The notes under the pieces: generated by a model
Databases searched by the model: none
What the model was told of the DNA's origin: nothing
What the model saw: the letters and a program-made list of their open reading frames with translations, nothing else
Part shown: positions 26,125 through 36,773 of the stretch, piece by piece
Layout: each line of letters starts with the position of its first letter
How positions within the stretch are numbered: the first letter of the stretch is position 1
Source: Bacteroidota bacterium
Lineage (GTDB): Bacteria; Bacteroidota; Bacteroidia; Palsa-965
NCBI GenBank assembly: GCA_046335555.1
Contig: JBKDHA010000210.1
Location: 11,737 to 75,736 of the forward strand
DNA: 64,000 nt
Reading direction: 5' to 3'
Translations under genes and position numbers: made by a program

Positions 26125-28632
26125 CTAACGGATAACCGTTACGTGACTACGGCGGATAATTTCCCGGCTATCATCACAATTCAACCGATACGTTGCCACC
26201 CACACATAAACATCTTCCTGAACTAATTGCCCGTTTTGTTTTCCATCCCATTCTGCATTGAAATTGTCGGTATGGAAAATTCGTTCGCCCCAGCGATTGA
26301 AAATCTGAAGATCATATTCCAAAACACCTTCTCCGTAACCTTTAAATGTCTCGTTTACCCCATCGTTATTGGGAGTAAAGCTGTTCGGGAAATAAAGCGC
26401 CGAACTTCCTGTAAAATCAGGAATCAGAAATGTATCAGCAAATAAACAACCTTCATTGGATACAAGAACAGTGTATTGTCCGGGCGCATTAGCAGAAAGT
26501 GTTGAAACAGTATCGCCGGTTGACCAGTGGTATGTAGAGCCGGAAGATGCGCTAACTGTAATTTCGGCTATGCCGGTTTCGCAAAGCGAGGGAACACTGC
26601 CGGAAACCGGCTGCGGAATAAATCTCACCAACATCGAATCGGTATCGGTACAGATGCCGGATGTTGCCGAAACACTGTAGATGCCGCTTTGCGTAACAGT
26701 AATGGCCGTAGTTGTTTGTCCGGTTGACCAGAGATAATTTGCGGCGCTTCCTGTTGCCGAAATTTGCAACTGATTTTCAAAGCAAATTACCGTATCGCTT
26801 CCTAAGCTGATTTGCAGTGAATCGGCAAGCAGCACAACAGCAGTATCGCTGTTTGAACAGCCCGAAGCATCTGCAACGGTTACAGTATATGAACCCGGAG
26901 CTAAACCTGTTGCTGATTGCGATGATGATACTGCAGGCTGCCACACATACGTATAAACACCCGAACCGCCGCTGGCCGCAACTGTTGCGCTTCCCGAAGC
27001 AACACACATCGACGGACTCACAGTTGTTTGCAGTGTTATTCCGGGCTGCACGGTAATCTGCACCAAAGCTGTATTAGTTCGGCCCTGACAATCGGCAGCA
27101 ATTAAAGTTGCGGTGTAAGTTCCGGGGCTGCTGTAAAGATGTGCCGGCTGCAAAAGCAACGAAGTATCTGCACTTCCTGATGCCGGGTCGCCAAAAGTCC
27201 AGTGCAAATTGCGGAGAGAACCACAGCCCTGAACCGCAGGAGTAAATCCCACCTGCAGCGGAGCACAACCACTGAGCGGTGTTGCCGTAATCTGTACCGA
27301 AATTGTATCAGGTGTATAAAGCCACAGATCATTGTATTGCCCGGCCGGGGCTTCGCCGCCAAACAACCAAAGACCATCAGCATTGCCCCAGCTTACATTG
27401 CCGGCACGTCCGCCCGGAACATTGGCCGGAGCAGCCAGATTTTGCGTTCCGTAAACACCGGCCTGATTGGGAGTGTTTGCTCCGCTCATCCATGTCCACA
27501 GCCCCGTTGCAGGTTCGTATCTCCACAAATCATTAAACAGATTTATGTTCTGATCGCGTCCACCGAAAAGCCAGAAATTACCGCAGCTATCCGTCCAGCA
27601 GGCGCGTGTTTCTCCTCTGCCTCCGGGAATATTTCCCGCAGCCGGAATACACTTCGTTCCATAAACACCGGGCTGATTGGTTAACTGTGAACCACCTTTC
27701 CACGTCCACATATTTGTGGCAATGCTGTACATCCACAAATCATTATAAAAATCCATGAATATCGGACTCAATGCCGTGATACCGCCAAACATCCAAAGGT
27801 TTCCGGCATTGTCGGTCCAGCTTGTATAGCACCATCTTGCTCCGGGCGTGTTTGCGGCTGCGGCAACATTAAGTGTTCCGTAAACCGGTGAAGCATTTGC
27901 CGCCGAAGAACCTTTCATCCACGTCCACATATTTACAGCAGGATCATACATCCAGAGCGCATCATAAGCCACACCAATTCCCGACGGTGTTCCGCCAAAC
28001 AGCCAGAGTCTTCCGGTTTGATCGACCCAGGTGCAGGCTGTTTCTTCCAATGCTCCGGGCGTATTGGCAACCGCGGCTATCAGCTGTGTTCCGTAAACTG
28101 GCAAAGCTCCGGGTGTTCCCGGACCTTTTACCCAAGTCCACATATTGGTTGAGGGATCATACTTCCACAAATCACTGTACGGAGCAGTTGTACCATTATC
28201 TCCGCCGTACAGCCATAAATTTCCTGCGGGATCTGTCCACGTGCAAGCCCCGAAACCAACACCGCCGGGTGTATTGGCCGGAGCCGGAATGCCTTGTGTT
28301 CCATAAATTGGAGCCGAGTTGGATACATTGCTGCCGTGCATCCATGTCCATTCGTTCAGCGCGGGATCATACTTCCAGAGGTCGCTGTAACGCTGCATTC
28401 CGAAGCCTCCGCCATACATCCAGAAATTTCCGTTTACATCAGTCCATTGCGCAGCTTCGTAACGCGCCGGAGGTTCATTGAATGGTGAACCAATTCCCTG
28501 AACACCATAGCTGCCATTGCTGTTCATGGCACTGCTGCCTTTTTTCCATGTCCACATGCCCGCCTGCGCTGCCGCATCTTGCAGAAACACGACTGAAAAG
28601 AGGAATCCGATAAAAGCAAATCTGAATTTCAT
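26125..28632 (-). CDS. Kelch/galactose-oxidase-like propeller protein with PKD and SprB-like repeats and a gliding-motility (T9SS type B) CTD
   Basis: Repeated W.D..GN.W.FGG...DLW.Y; WTFGD PKD motif; FPNSFTPNNDGVNE...IFNRWG. Confidence 0.88.
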   Translation of the reverse strand: MKFRFAFIGFLFSVVFLQDAAAQAGMWTWKKGSSAMNSNGSYGVQGIGSPFNEPPARYEAAQWTDVNGNFWMYGGGFGMQRYSDLWKYDPALNEWTWMHGSNVSNSAPIYGTQGIPAPANTPGGVGFGACTWTDPAGNLWLYGGDNGTTAPYSDLWKYDPSTNMWTWVKGPGTPGALPVYGTQLIAAVANTPGALEETACTWVDQTGRLWLFGGTPSGIGVAYDALWMYDPAVNMWTWMKGSSAANASPVYGTLNVAAAANTPGARWCYTSWTDNAGNLWMFGGITALSPIFMDFYNDLWMYSIATNMWTWKGGSQLTNQPGVYGTKCIPAAGNIPGGRGETRACWTDSCGNFWLFGGRDQNINLFNDLWRYEPATGLWTWMSGANTPNQAGVYGTQNLAAPANVPGGRAGNVSWGNADGLWLFGGEAPAGQYNDLWLYTPDTISVQITATPLSGCAPLQVGFTPAVQGCGSLRNLHWTFGDPASGSADTSLLLQPAHLYSSPGTYTATLIAADCQGRTNTALVQITVQPGITLQTTVSPSMCVASGSATVAASGGSGVYTYVWQPAVSSSQSATGLAPGSYTVTVADASGCSNSDTAVVLLADSLQISLGSDTVICFENQLQISATGSAANYLWSTGQTTTAITVTQSGIYSVSATSGICTDTDSMLVRFIPQPVSGSVPSLCETGIAEITVSASSGSTYHWSTGDTVSTLSANAPGQYTVLVSNEGCLFADTFLIPDFTGSSALYFPNSFTPNNDGVNETFKGYGEGVLEYDLQIFNRWGERIFHTDNFNAEWDGKQNGQLVQEDVYVWVATYRLNCDDSREIIRRSHVTVIR

Positions 28633-28811
28633 GGTCTGTACAACATGAAGAAACGAAATACAACAGCAGTTTCAGTCTTCTTTTATTTGTCTGTCAAAAA
28701 TAAGTAATGCTGCTGGTCAAAATTTCTAACTTCGGGTTTAAATCAAATCTGATTTTTAATAAAAATTTTTCAATCAATTGACTTTCATTATTTTACTAAA
28801 TAATAAATAAG

Positions 28812-30293
28812 ATGGGAAAAACAAGTTCTGATCATCTTTTTCAGTTAATACATTCGCTCAATTCTGCTGAAGAAAAGCATATCGAATTATTTTTCTCGCA
28901 GCTTCCGGGTGGCGCAAAAAACAGTGCACGTTTATTTGCCGCAATTCAAAAGCAAAAAGTATATGATGAAAATGCACTTCGGAAATCAGAGAATTATGTA
29001 TCCGGTTTTGCACAACAAAAACAATTTCTGAACCGGCTTATTCTTCGTGCACTTCGTTCATATCCCGAAAAAGAAACGAAATATTCTCTGACAAAAAATT
29101 ATTTGCAGGATGCGGAAACACTGCGCAAAAAGCGATTCTACATCCAGTCAATTGCATTACTCGAAAAAGCATTGCTGTTAGCAAAAGAAATTAATGATCC
29201 GCTTTTGCTGCTCGAAATTTGCGGAACAAAAGATGATGTTCATTTTGAATCAAATATTGTGAATGAAGATGCCGGACAATTAGAAACTGAATTGAAATGT
29301 ATTACCCGGATTTCGGAGACTGTAAATGCAAAGTGGTTAGCTAAAGAAATGCATCGAATTCATATTCTGGCGCATAACATACCTGATAAAATTGCATTTT
29401 CAGCTAAACACAAAAAAATGCTGAAAGCCTTGCCCCCGGAGTCATTCAGAGCCAGATTCTATTTTGAAAAAAGCCAAACGACCTATCACTTCATTCAAAA
29501 AAATCTTGAAGAAGCATACAGACATGCACTTAGCTGCGCCGAACTACTTGAAAGAAATCCGGCTCATAAAGAAGCTGCGCCACATGAATATCTCCGGGCA
29601 CTGAGTACAATTCTGGTTGTTCAGGAAATCAATCAGCTTGCGGATGCTGCCCGGGAAACCATACAACAAATGCGGAAACTGATGAGCGATTATCCGGAAC
29701 AACTGCATTCGTATGCCGGACACACATTTATTTATACCTACACAACTGAGTTTAATATCAATTGCATCAGCGGTAATTATACAAAAGCGATACAACTGAT
29801 TCCAGATATTGTAAACGGTTTGAAACATTACCGCTCACAACTTCAGTATGCCGAAGAAGTTGTGTTCTGGTATAATTTTGCCCAAGCTTATCTCTGTATT
29901 GGTGATTACAAAAATGCTTTCCGCTGGGCAAATGATGTATTTATAAAAGGAGCCGGACACCGCGAGGATATTGTGTTTTCGGCAGGATGGATTTTATTGC
30001 TGGCTGCAATGAAACGGCTTGACAAAGCGGCATTTTCAAAACTCAGCAAGCAAGTTTTGGAACAATTGCACGAAGCTAAAATTGCGGAGGAACTTACTGC
30101 CGAATTTGCAGCATGGATAAACGCAATGACTGCTGCCGAAACAGTACGTCAAAAGCATTCAATCATGAAGGCATTTCATGAAAAACTATTGAACGAGAAT
30201 TGGAATGAACAAGCTGTGTATGTGATAAACAGCTTCAACTTTATTCCTTGGCTGGAGGCCGAACTTTCGGGCAAGACAGTAAGCAACCTTTAG
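28812..30293 (+). CDS. Cytoplasmic helical/TPR-like hypothetical protein
   Basis: 493-aa ORF, no signal peptide, all-helical pattern, N-terminal DHLFQLIHSL..E. Confidence 0.7.
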   Translation: MGKTSSDHLFQLIHSLNSAEEKHIELFFSQLPGGAKNSARLFAAIQKQKVYDENALRKSENYVSGFAQQKQFLNRLILRALRSYPEKETKYSLTKNYLQDAETLRKKRFYIQSIALLEKALLLAKEINDPLLLLEICGTKDDVHFESNIVNEDAGQLETELKCITRISETVNAKWLAKEMHRIHILAHNIPDKIAFSAKHKKMLKALPPESFRARFYFEKSQTTYHFIQKNLEEAYRHALSCAELLERNPAHKEAAPHEYLRALSTILVVQEINQLADAARETIQQMRKLMSDYPEQLHSYAGHTFIYTYTTEFNINCISGNYTKAIQLIPDIVNGLKHYRSQLQYAEEVVFWYNFAQAYLCIGDYKNAFRWANDVFIKGAGHREDIVFSAGWILLLAAMKRLDKAAFSKLSKQVLEQLHEAKIAEELTAEFAAWINAMTAAETVRQKHSIMKAFHEKLLNENWNEQAVYVINSFNFIPWLEAELSGKTVSNL

Positions 30294-30300
30294 CGATTGC

Positions 30301-31266
30301 TTACAGCATGTTTTTGATAATGTCGTCCACCTTCACACCTTCGGCCTCGGCCTTGTAATTACGCACAATACGGTGACGCAAAATAGGTGCTGCAACGGCG
30401 CGCACATCTTCAATATCGGGCGAGTATTTTCCGCTCACTACTGCATGACATTTTGCTCCGATTATCAGGTACTGCGAGGCACGCGGACCGGCTCCCCACG
30501 AGAGCAAACGGTTTACATCAGGTGCGGCATTGGCGGTGTTCGGGCGTGTGCCGGCTGCCAGTTTTACAGCATACTCAAGCACATTATCAGGCACCGGAAC
30601 ACGACGCACTAACTGCTGCAAATATGAAATCTCCTCGATGCTCAGTACTTTATTGAGTTGCGGTGTTTGGCCGGATGTGGTTTGGCGAACAACTTCAATT
30701 TCATCGCTCAGCTTCGGATAATCGAGCCAAACGTTAAACATAAAGCGGTCGAGCTGTGCTTCGGGAAGCGGATACGTTCCCTCCTGCTCTATCGGGTTTT
30801 GTGTAGCCAGTACAAAAAACGGCTGATCGAGTTCGTAGCGCTTGCCGGCTGCTGTTACAGCACGTTCCTGCATAGCTTCGAGCAAAGCCGATTGTGTTTT
30901 GGGCGGTGTACGGTTGATCTCGTCGGCAAGAATGATATTGGCAAACAGCGGGCCTTTGATGAAGCGGAACTGACGATTTTCATCCAGAATTTCGGAACCG
31001 ATAATATCGCCCGGCATCAGATCAGGTGTAAACTGAATGCGGTTGTAACTCAGGCCAAGCGATTGCGCAATTGTATTTACCAAAAGTGTTTTTGCAAGAC
31101 CCGGAACACCTACCAGCAAACAATGGCCGTTGCTGAATATTGAAATGAGTACATCACGCACTACATCCTCCTGCCCAACTATTACTTTGCGAATTTCGGC
31201 AGTAAGACGGTTGTAACGTTCCCGGAAATAATCAACGGCCTCTACGTCAGATTTGAATTCAATCAT
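30301..31266 (-). CDS. MoxR-family AAA+ ATPase
   Basis: GVPGLAKT; RIQFTPDLMP; LADEINR; ATQNPIEQEGTYPLPEAQLDRF. Confidence 0.96.
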   Translation of the reverse strand: MIEFKSDVEAVDYFRERYNRLTAEIRKVIVGQEDVVRDVLISIFSNGHCLLVGVPGLAKTLLVNTIAQSLGLSYNRIQFTPDLMPGDIIGSEILDENRQFRFIKGPLFANIILADEINRTPPKTQSALLEAMQERAVTAAGKRYELDQPFFVLATQNPIEQEGTYPLPEAQLDRFMFNVWLDYPKLSDEIEVVRQTTSGQTPQLNKVLSIEEISYLQQLVRRVPVPDNVLEYAVKLAAGTRPNTANAAPDVNRLLSWGAGPRASQYLIIGAKCHAVVSGKYSPDIEDVRAVAAPILRHRIVRNYKAEAEGVKVDDIIKNML

Positions 31267-31290
31267 AATGTGTGTGCGGTGTGAAATAGA

Positions 31291-32673
31291 TTACTGTGCA
31301 TACTTCAGCCAGTCGTAACGGAACGCATAGTTCTTGCAATCGGGCGAAAGACGAATGTAGGTAGTTGTAAGTTTTTTATCAACCCAGGTGTTCAGTAAAT
31401 CGTCCTGCTTTTTGGCTAGCGTCATATCCTGAATCATCTGGTAATCGTCTTTAAGATTTGCACGATGCGGTTCTGAGCGCGATTTCAGCCAGAGCACACG
31501 GTAAGCTTCTTTCGACTGGCGTGTAAGAGTTGGTGTAGCTGCTGTGTAGTTCCCTACTTTCATCTGGCTGATGGTAAGCGGAAAACTGGGATCAGGATCA
31601 AGCTGACCAAGCATATCCACTTCAATGCGTGAGTTACCGGTGAGCGGATTGATGATGAGTCCGCAGCTGTATTTTGATTCATCATCCGTTGAAAATTTGG
31701 CAGCGGCCTCGCAGAAAGTAAGTGAATCAAGGCGAACGAAACGCATGATGGAATCGAGGCGAACTTTGCAGTATTTCAGGTCTTCGGGCGAAGTAGGTAC
31801 AACGCGAAGAATGTGACGTACTGTAACTTCTTCACCTTTTCGCGAAATCACCTGAAGAATGTGATAGCCGAAATCGGTTTGAAATACTTCCGAAATTTCG
31901 CCTTCTTTCATGGTAAACATCAGTGCTTCAAACTCAGGCACAAAACTGCCGCGGCGGATATTTTCATACGTTCCGCATTTTTGTGCCGAGCCGGGATCCT
32001 GCGAATACAATGCTGCTGCTGTGCAGAAATCGAGTTCGCCGCTGATAATGCGCTTTCGGATGTTGCTCAGTTCCTGCTTGGTATATTCAATGAGTTCAGG
32101 ATTCGGTGCCGGACTCAATACAATTTGTCCGACTTCAACCGTAGAGCCAATAAGCGGCAAACTATCCTGAGGCTGTCCATTGAAATAGGTTTTTACATCA
32201 GCCGGAGAAACAGTTACGTTTTGCGTTATTTGCTGCTGCATACGTTGTGCAAGCAGCAGATCACGAACCTTATCATGCAGCTCGAACTTGAACGCATCAA
32301 CTGTTTTTCCGTAAAATTTCTCGAATGCTTCAATTGATCCGAATGTTTGGAGATAATACCTCATCCGGCGATCCATTTCCTGCTGAATATCAGCTTCACC
32401 AACTGTAATACTGTCCCGGGCAGCCTGAGCTACAAGGAGTTTCTGAAACAGGAGTTGTTCAAGTACGGCTCCGCGCAAACTGTCGGTAACAGTAATGCCT
32501 TCGAGTTTGTACTGCTGCAATACATTTTCAATTTCAGATTCTTTTACGATCTGACTTCCGACAACAGCCACAACACGGTCGATACGGGTTCCCGCATCCT
32601 GTGCATAAACAGTTGCCGAAGCAAAAACAATCAGAAAAAACAGCACAAAACGGCTGGGCAGAATTCGGTTCAT
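31291..32673 (-). CDS. SurA-like periplasmic parvulin PPIase/chaperone
   Basis: IDRVVAVVG N-domain; YSQDPGS...FQTDFGYHI; start set at MNRIL. Confidence 0.9.
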   Translation of the reverse strand: MNRILPSRFVLFFLIVFASATVYAQDAGTRIDRVVAVVGSQIVKESEIENVLQQYKLEGITVTDSLRGAVLEQLLFQKLLVAQAARDSITVGEADIQQEMDRRMRYYLQTFGSIEAFEKFYGKTVDAFKFELHDKVRDLLLAQRMQQQITQNVTVSPADVKTYFNGQPQDSLPLIGSTVEVGQIVLSPAPNPELIEYTKQELSNIRKRIISGELDFCTAAALYSQDPGSAQKCGTYENIRRGSFVPEFEALMFTMKEGEISEVFQTDFGYHILQVISRKGEEVTVRHILRVVPTSPEDLKYCKVRLDSIMRFVRLDSLTFCEAAAKFSTDDESKYSCGLIINPLTGNSRIEVDMLGQLDPDPSFPLTISQMKVGNYTAATPTLTRQSKEAYRVLWLKSRSEPHRANLKDDYQMIQDMTLAKKQDDLLNTWVDKKLTTTYIRLSPDCKNYAFRYDWLKYAQ

Positions 32674-32677
32674 GTGG

Positions 32678-33616
32678 TTATTTGGTATAAATCTCAATAT
32701 CATCACCCTCAACAGCTTCACGGTACAGATCATCGCGCATACGGTCGATGAGTTCACGTTTTCGTTTATTGATCAGGATGTTTTTGATGTTTACTTTTTC
32801 AAAGGTCAGCGGCGAACGACTGTCGCGTGTCATGTACCCTTTAAAGTTGATGAGATAAATGCTTGACGAGTCGTTTACCTCAATATAACGGTTATTTTTA
32901 AGAAAGAGTTCTTTATCGTCGGTTGAAATCGGAATTTCTTTCAGCAAATCATCAAACAGCAGCCACGATTCATCGTCGAGATAAAAGTTGGTAGCAAACT
33001 GGCTGCAGTAACTTGTCAATTCTTTACGATCCTGTGGCTTTTCTGAACGCATCCAGTTGCGGAGTTTTGCAAGATTAGGCGCATTCTTGTTCACTTTTAC
33101 GTAAATCACTTTCACAATATTATCGCGGAGCGCAAAATCGCCGGGATGTTCATTGTAATATTTTTCAATATCGGCATCGGTAACAACTGTATCGAGTTGC
33201 TGATCGACAAGTGCTTTTTCGTATTCGTAAATGATCAGCGAATTGCGATAGGCTTTAAGTTGTTTCTCTACGTTTTTCTGTCCGGCATTCAGGTTTTGCT
33301 CGGCTTTGTGTACGAGCAGGATTTCACGCACCCAGGCATTAATAAAGTTTCCGGCCATGCGGATACTGTCGTCTTTGGGTGTGCCTGCTGGAATCACTTC
33401 GCGGAGTTCGGAACTGTAAAGTTTATAATCGAACACCCGTGCCACTACTTCGCCCGAAGGCTTTTCGGTTTCAGCAACCTGCTCGCGGCACGAGGCCGAA
33501 AACAAGAATACCAACAACGGCAGCAGCCGCGCACAGGTCACTGGAATGACGTGTACACGGCTGAAGCGTTGCCTGATGTAGCTTAGTTTCTGATGCATTG
33601 GCCCCATTTCGGGCAT
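32678..33616 (-). CDS. SurA/PrsA-like lipoprotein
   Basis: Lipobox SASC; VVARV...DADIEKYY; lies between two PPIase genes; start uncertain. Confidence 0.75.
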   Translation of the reverse strand: MPEMGPMHQKLSYIRQRFSRVHVIPVTCARLLPLLVFLFSASCREQVAETEKPSGEVVARVFDYKLYSSELREVIPAGTPKDDSIRMAGNFINAWVREILLVHKAEQNLNAGQKNVEKQLKAYRNSLIIYEYEKALVDQQLDTVVTDADIEKYYNEHPGDFALRDNIVKVIYVKVNKNAPNLAKLRNWMRSEKPQDRKELTSYCSQFATNFYLDDESWLLFDDLLKEIPISTDDKELFLKNNRYIEVNDSSSIYLINFKGYMTRDSRSPLTFEKVNIKNILINKRKRELIDRMRDDLYREAVEGDDIEIYTK

Positions 33617-33620
33617 TGTG

Positions 33621-35732
33621 TTATTTGCGCGGAAGTACATCACGGTTAATAACAACCGGATACTTTTTGCGGAGACTTTCAACCCATTCTTTCTCAAGCT
33701 GGGTTTGATAATCGTTGGTAATCAGTCCGCGTGCTTCCTGCAGTGATTTTGGTGTTGGCGGCATTACTTTGCGGGTTACCACAAACATTACGCGGCCATC
33801 TTTTACTGTATTTGCCGAAGTACCTTCTTTCCAGTTCTGGTCAACAAGTGCATTGTCGCCTTTCTGGTAAAGTTTAGTTTCTGCCTGTACGTTCAGTTGC
33901 GAATTTTTGTTCAGTGTTTCAAGAATTTCTTTTTCGCTTTTGCCTTTCTTCAGCATTTTGCGAACCGCTTTGGCTGTCTTTTCATCAGCACATGAATACA
34001 CTGTTGCATCAGAACGCTCGGGCCAGAGGTAATTGTTTTTGTTGGCTTCGTAGAAGTTGCGGAGTCCGGTCGAATCGGTTACAGCTTTCGACCATACTTT
34101 TTCATCCTGCAAATCAAACAGCAAAATACCGTCGCGGTATTCCTGCATGAGGTTGCGGAAATCAGGGTATTTTTTCTCCAACTGGCTGTCTTCGTAAGCC
34201 ACACACATTTCTTCTACCATCTGGTTATAGCCCTGATCAACAATGTTTTTCACATCGCCTTTTCCGCCGCGGCGAACCTGACGGGTTTCGAGCCATAATG
34301 CAAAGTCATTCTGGGTATAAACTTTTGCGCCAATGGTGAAAAGTTGCTTTGAAGCATCTTTGGCTTTTGAAGCAGCTGTCCACTGTCCGGTAAAATAGGT
34401 GCTGTCCACTAATTTGTAAAACTCATCGCGGGCAGCGAGGTTTTGAGTGAAGCCGTACTCTTTTTTCACGCGCTCAACCAAAGCTGTGCGGCCGCTGAGT
34501 GCGCGCTGATCTTTGTTTACTTTTCCTTTGATTTCGTTTTTCACGCTTTCGTAGGCGGGTACACCGCGGCGGTCGATGCGCTTGATGATGTGCCAGCCCC
34601 AGGCTGTTTTGATCGGCTCAGAAATATCGCCGTTGTTCTGAAGCGCAAAAGCTGCTTTCTCAAAAGCCGGCGGCATTTTGTAAAGGCCAAACCAGGGCAG
34701 TTCGCCGTTTTTGGCTGCAGAACCTTTATCGTCAGAGAATTGCTTTACAAGTGTTCCGAAATCTTCACCGGCTTTGGCCTTAGTATAAATTTCATCTGCT
34801 TTCTGGCGAGCATTTAATGAATCGGCAGCCGGCATTCCTTCGGGAGCTTTAATCATAATATGCGCAACTAGTACCTCACCCTGTGCTTTGCGTTTATCGG
34901 CAACCTTTACAATATGGTAGCCGAAACGTGTGCGGATCGGGTTGCTGATTTTTCCAACGGGTGTGTTGTAAGCAACATTTTCAAACGGATAAACCATTGA
35001 AAATGCAGTGAAATAACCGAGATCACCGGCATTCTGCGCCGCCGAAGGATCTTCAGAAATAAGGCGGGCAACTTCTTCAAACGGAACCACTTTGCCTTTG
35101 TATCGGCGGTCGAGCTGACGGAATGGGTTAACCAGATTGAAGATTTTCAGCGTATCAGCAGGAGCCAGTTTGGGCCAGGCCGGGTTGGTTTTGCGAAGCT
35201 GTGTTTCATATTCAGCAATCAGCTTGGTAGCCGGTTTGCCGTTAACCATTGCCTGAGCAATATTGATACGCATCCAGGCCAGCATGGTGTCTTTCGGGAG
35301 TGCATTTTCATCTACCCGAATCAGAACGTGACTGGCGCGTACATCATACTGCATACGGTCGTAAGCCTCGCGGAGCAGGCTATCGTTTACACGTTTATCA
35401 GTAAGATATTGCTGTGCAACCTGACGGCGGTAACCGCCAAGCTCGGTGCGGAACTTCTCAACAGTATCGCGGCTGAGGTCTTCCGCTTCCTTGACTTTCA
35501 TTTTGAAGGTAACGAAGAGATCAAGATAGTTTTCTATCGCCTTGGGATCATTGCCCTGATCTTTATTGTTCTTCTTATATACATACATAAACTCAGAGAG
35601 CCGAACCGGCGTTGAGCCAATAGTCATAAGCACCGGATCGTTAGGATCATTGGCAACTGCGGCCGGAGCTTGAGCAGAGAGTGTTGTACAAAGGGCGAGT
35701 GCCGGCACAACCAAAAGCAATAACTTTTTCAT
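33621..35732 (-). CDS. Parvulin-type PPIase with two PPIase domains (SurA-like)
   Basis: VRASHVLI, SEDPSA..NAGDLG, TRFGYHI; VAHIMI, KTAWGWHI. Confidence 0.92.
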   Translation of the reverse strand: MKKLLLLVVPALALCTTLSAQAPAAVANDPNDPVLMTIGSTPVRLSEFMYVYKKNNKDQGNDPKAIENYLDLFVTFKMKVKEAEDLSRDTVEKFRTELGGYRRQVAQQYLTDKRVNDSLLREAYDRMQYDVRASHVLIRVDENALPKDTMLAWMRINIAQAMVNGKPATKLIAEYETQLRKTNPAWPKLAPADTLKIFNLVNPFRQLDRRYKGKVVPFEEVARLISEDPSAAQNAGDLGYFTAFSMVYPFENVAYNTPVGKISNPIRTRFGYHIVKVADKRKAQGEVLVAHIMIKAPEGMPAADSLNARQKADEIYTKAKAGEDFGTLVKQFSDDKGSAAKNGELPWFGLYKMPPAFEKAAFALQNNGDISEPIKTAWGWHIIKRIDRRGVPAYESVKNEIKGKVNKDQRALSGRTALVERVKKEYGFTQNLAARDEFYKLVDSTYFTGQWTAASKAKDASKQLFTIGAKVYTQNDFALWLETRQVRRGGKGDVKNIVDQGYNQMVEEMCVAYEDSQLEKKYPDFRNLMQEYRDGILLFDLQDEKVWSKAVTDSTGLRNFYEANKNNYLWPERSDATVYSCADEKTAKAVRKMLKKGKSEKEILETLNKNSQLNVQAETKLYQKGDNALVDQNWKEGTSANTVKDGRVMFVVTRKVMPPTPKSLQEARGLITNDYQTQLEKEWVESLRKKYPVVINRDVLPRK

Positions 35733-35861
35733 ACGTGTTTGCTGATCAGATCAATTTGATAAGCAGCAAAAATAACCAATTCCTTTTGTCAGACGAAAAT
35801 GAAACCAAATAAACTCGATTACGTATATTGCGAGCCTTACCAGTAAAACGCGACCCTAACC

Positions 35862-36752
35862 ATGAAACGAACACCGATTTACCTGAAAACCGCTCTCGTT
35901 GCAGCGGCTGCCGCGCTTTTGGCCGGACAGTTCTCTTGCAGCGGCGATTCCGGTGCAGGCTCTTCCGACACTCTGGCAAACGATACCATAACCGCCCCTG
36001 CCGAGGTTTTAACCGATGATGATGAAGGCGGAATGCTGCCCTCGCCCCTTCAGGTTGCCGCAATTTTTAAGTCTTCCGGACTGAAATACTTGCCGGGAGT
36101 TACCAGTCCGGCCGATAAAGCAGCCTCATACAGCACCACCTACACCCGTGCCTGGAGTATGGGAGTTTACAGCGCTGATATGGCTTACTGCGTACTCAAC
36201 AAACAAACTCAGCCTGCTCAGAACTATCTTAAAGTAGTTCGCAGTCAGGCAGATCTGATCAATCTGGGTAAAGTTTTTGCCCAAACAGCTCTTTTCGACC
36301 GGTTTAACAATAATCTGGGCAACGAAGATTCGCTTCAGAGCATTTTGGCCGGAATCAAAGAAGAAACTGATGCCCAGCTTGTTAACAACGAACAAAGTCA
36401 CCTGTACGGCGTAATTTTTGCCGGTGCGTGGATCGAATCGCTGCATATTGCCGGCGAAGTATATAAGCAAGAACCCAGCGATCAGGTATTGGTAAAGTTT
36501 TTCGAACAAATGATTATTCTCGAAAGCATTACCAAGGAACTTGAACGCCATAAAGACAAAGACGAGGCCATTTCTGCACTCATTGCCGACCTCAAAGGAT
36601 TGCAGGACACCTTTAATACTTTGGCTTCAGTAAAGAAAATGAATGAAAATCCCGACCTCGGATTTTCAGATGTGAAACCCACCAAGGAGGAAGTATTAAT
36701 CCTCATCAAAAAAGTGGACGAGATACACGCCAAAACAGTAACCAAAGCCTGA
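35862..36752 (+). CDS. Helical lipoprotein of unknown function
   Basis: Lipobox FSC; LPSPLQVA; GVYSADMAY; GAWIESL. Confidence 0.8.
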   Translation: MKRTPIYLKTALVAAAAALLAGQFSCSGDSGAGSSDTLANDTITAPAEVLTDDDEGGMLPSPLQVAAIFKSSGLKYLPGVTSPADKAASYSTTYTRAWSMGVYSADMAYCVLNKQTQPAQNYLKVVRSQADLINLGKVFAQTALFDRFNNNLGNEDSLQSILAGIKEETDAQLVNNEQSHLYGVIFAGAWIESLHIAGEVYKQEPSDQVLVKFFEQMIILESITKELERHKDKDEAISALIADLKGLQDTFNTLASVKKMNENPDLGFSDVKPTKEEVLILIKKVDEIHAKTVTKA

Positions 36753-36773
36753 TTACCCCAAATCTAATCATCC

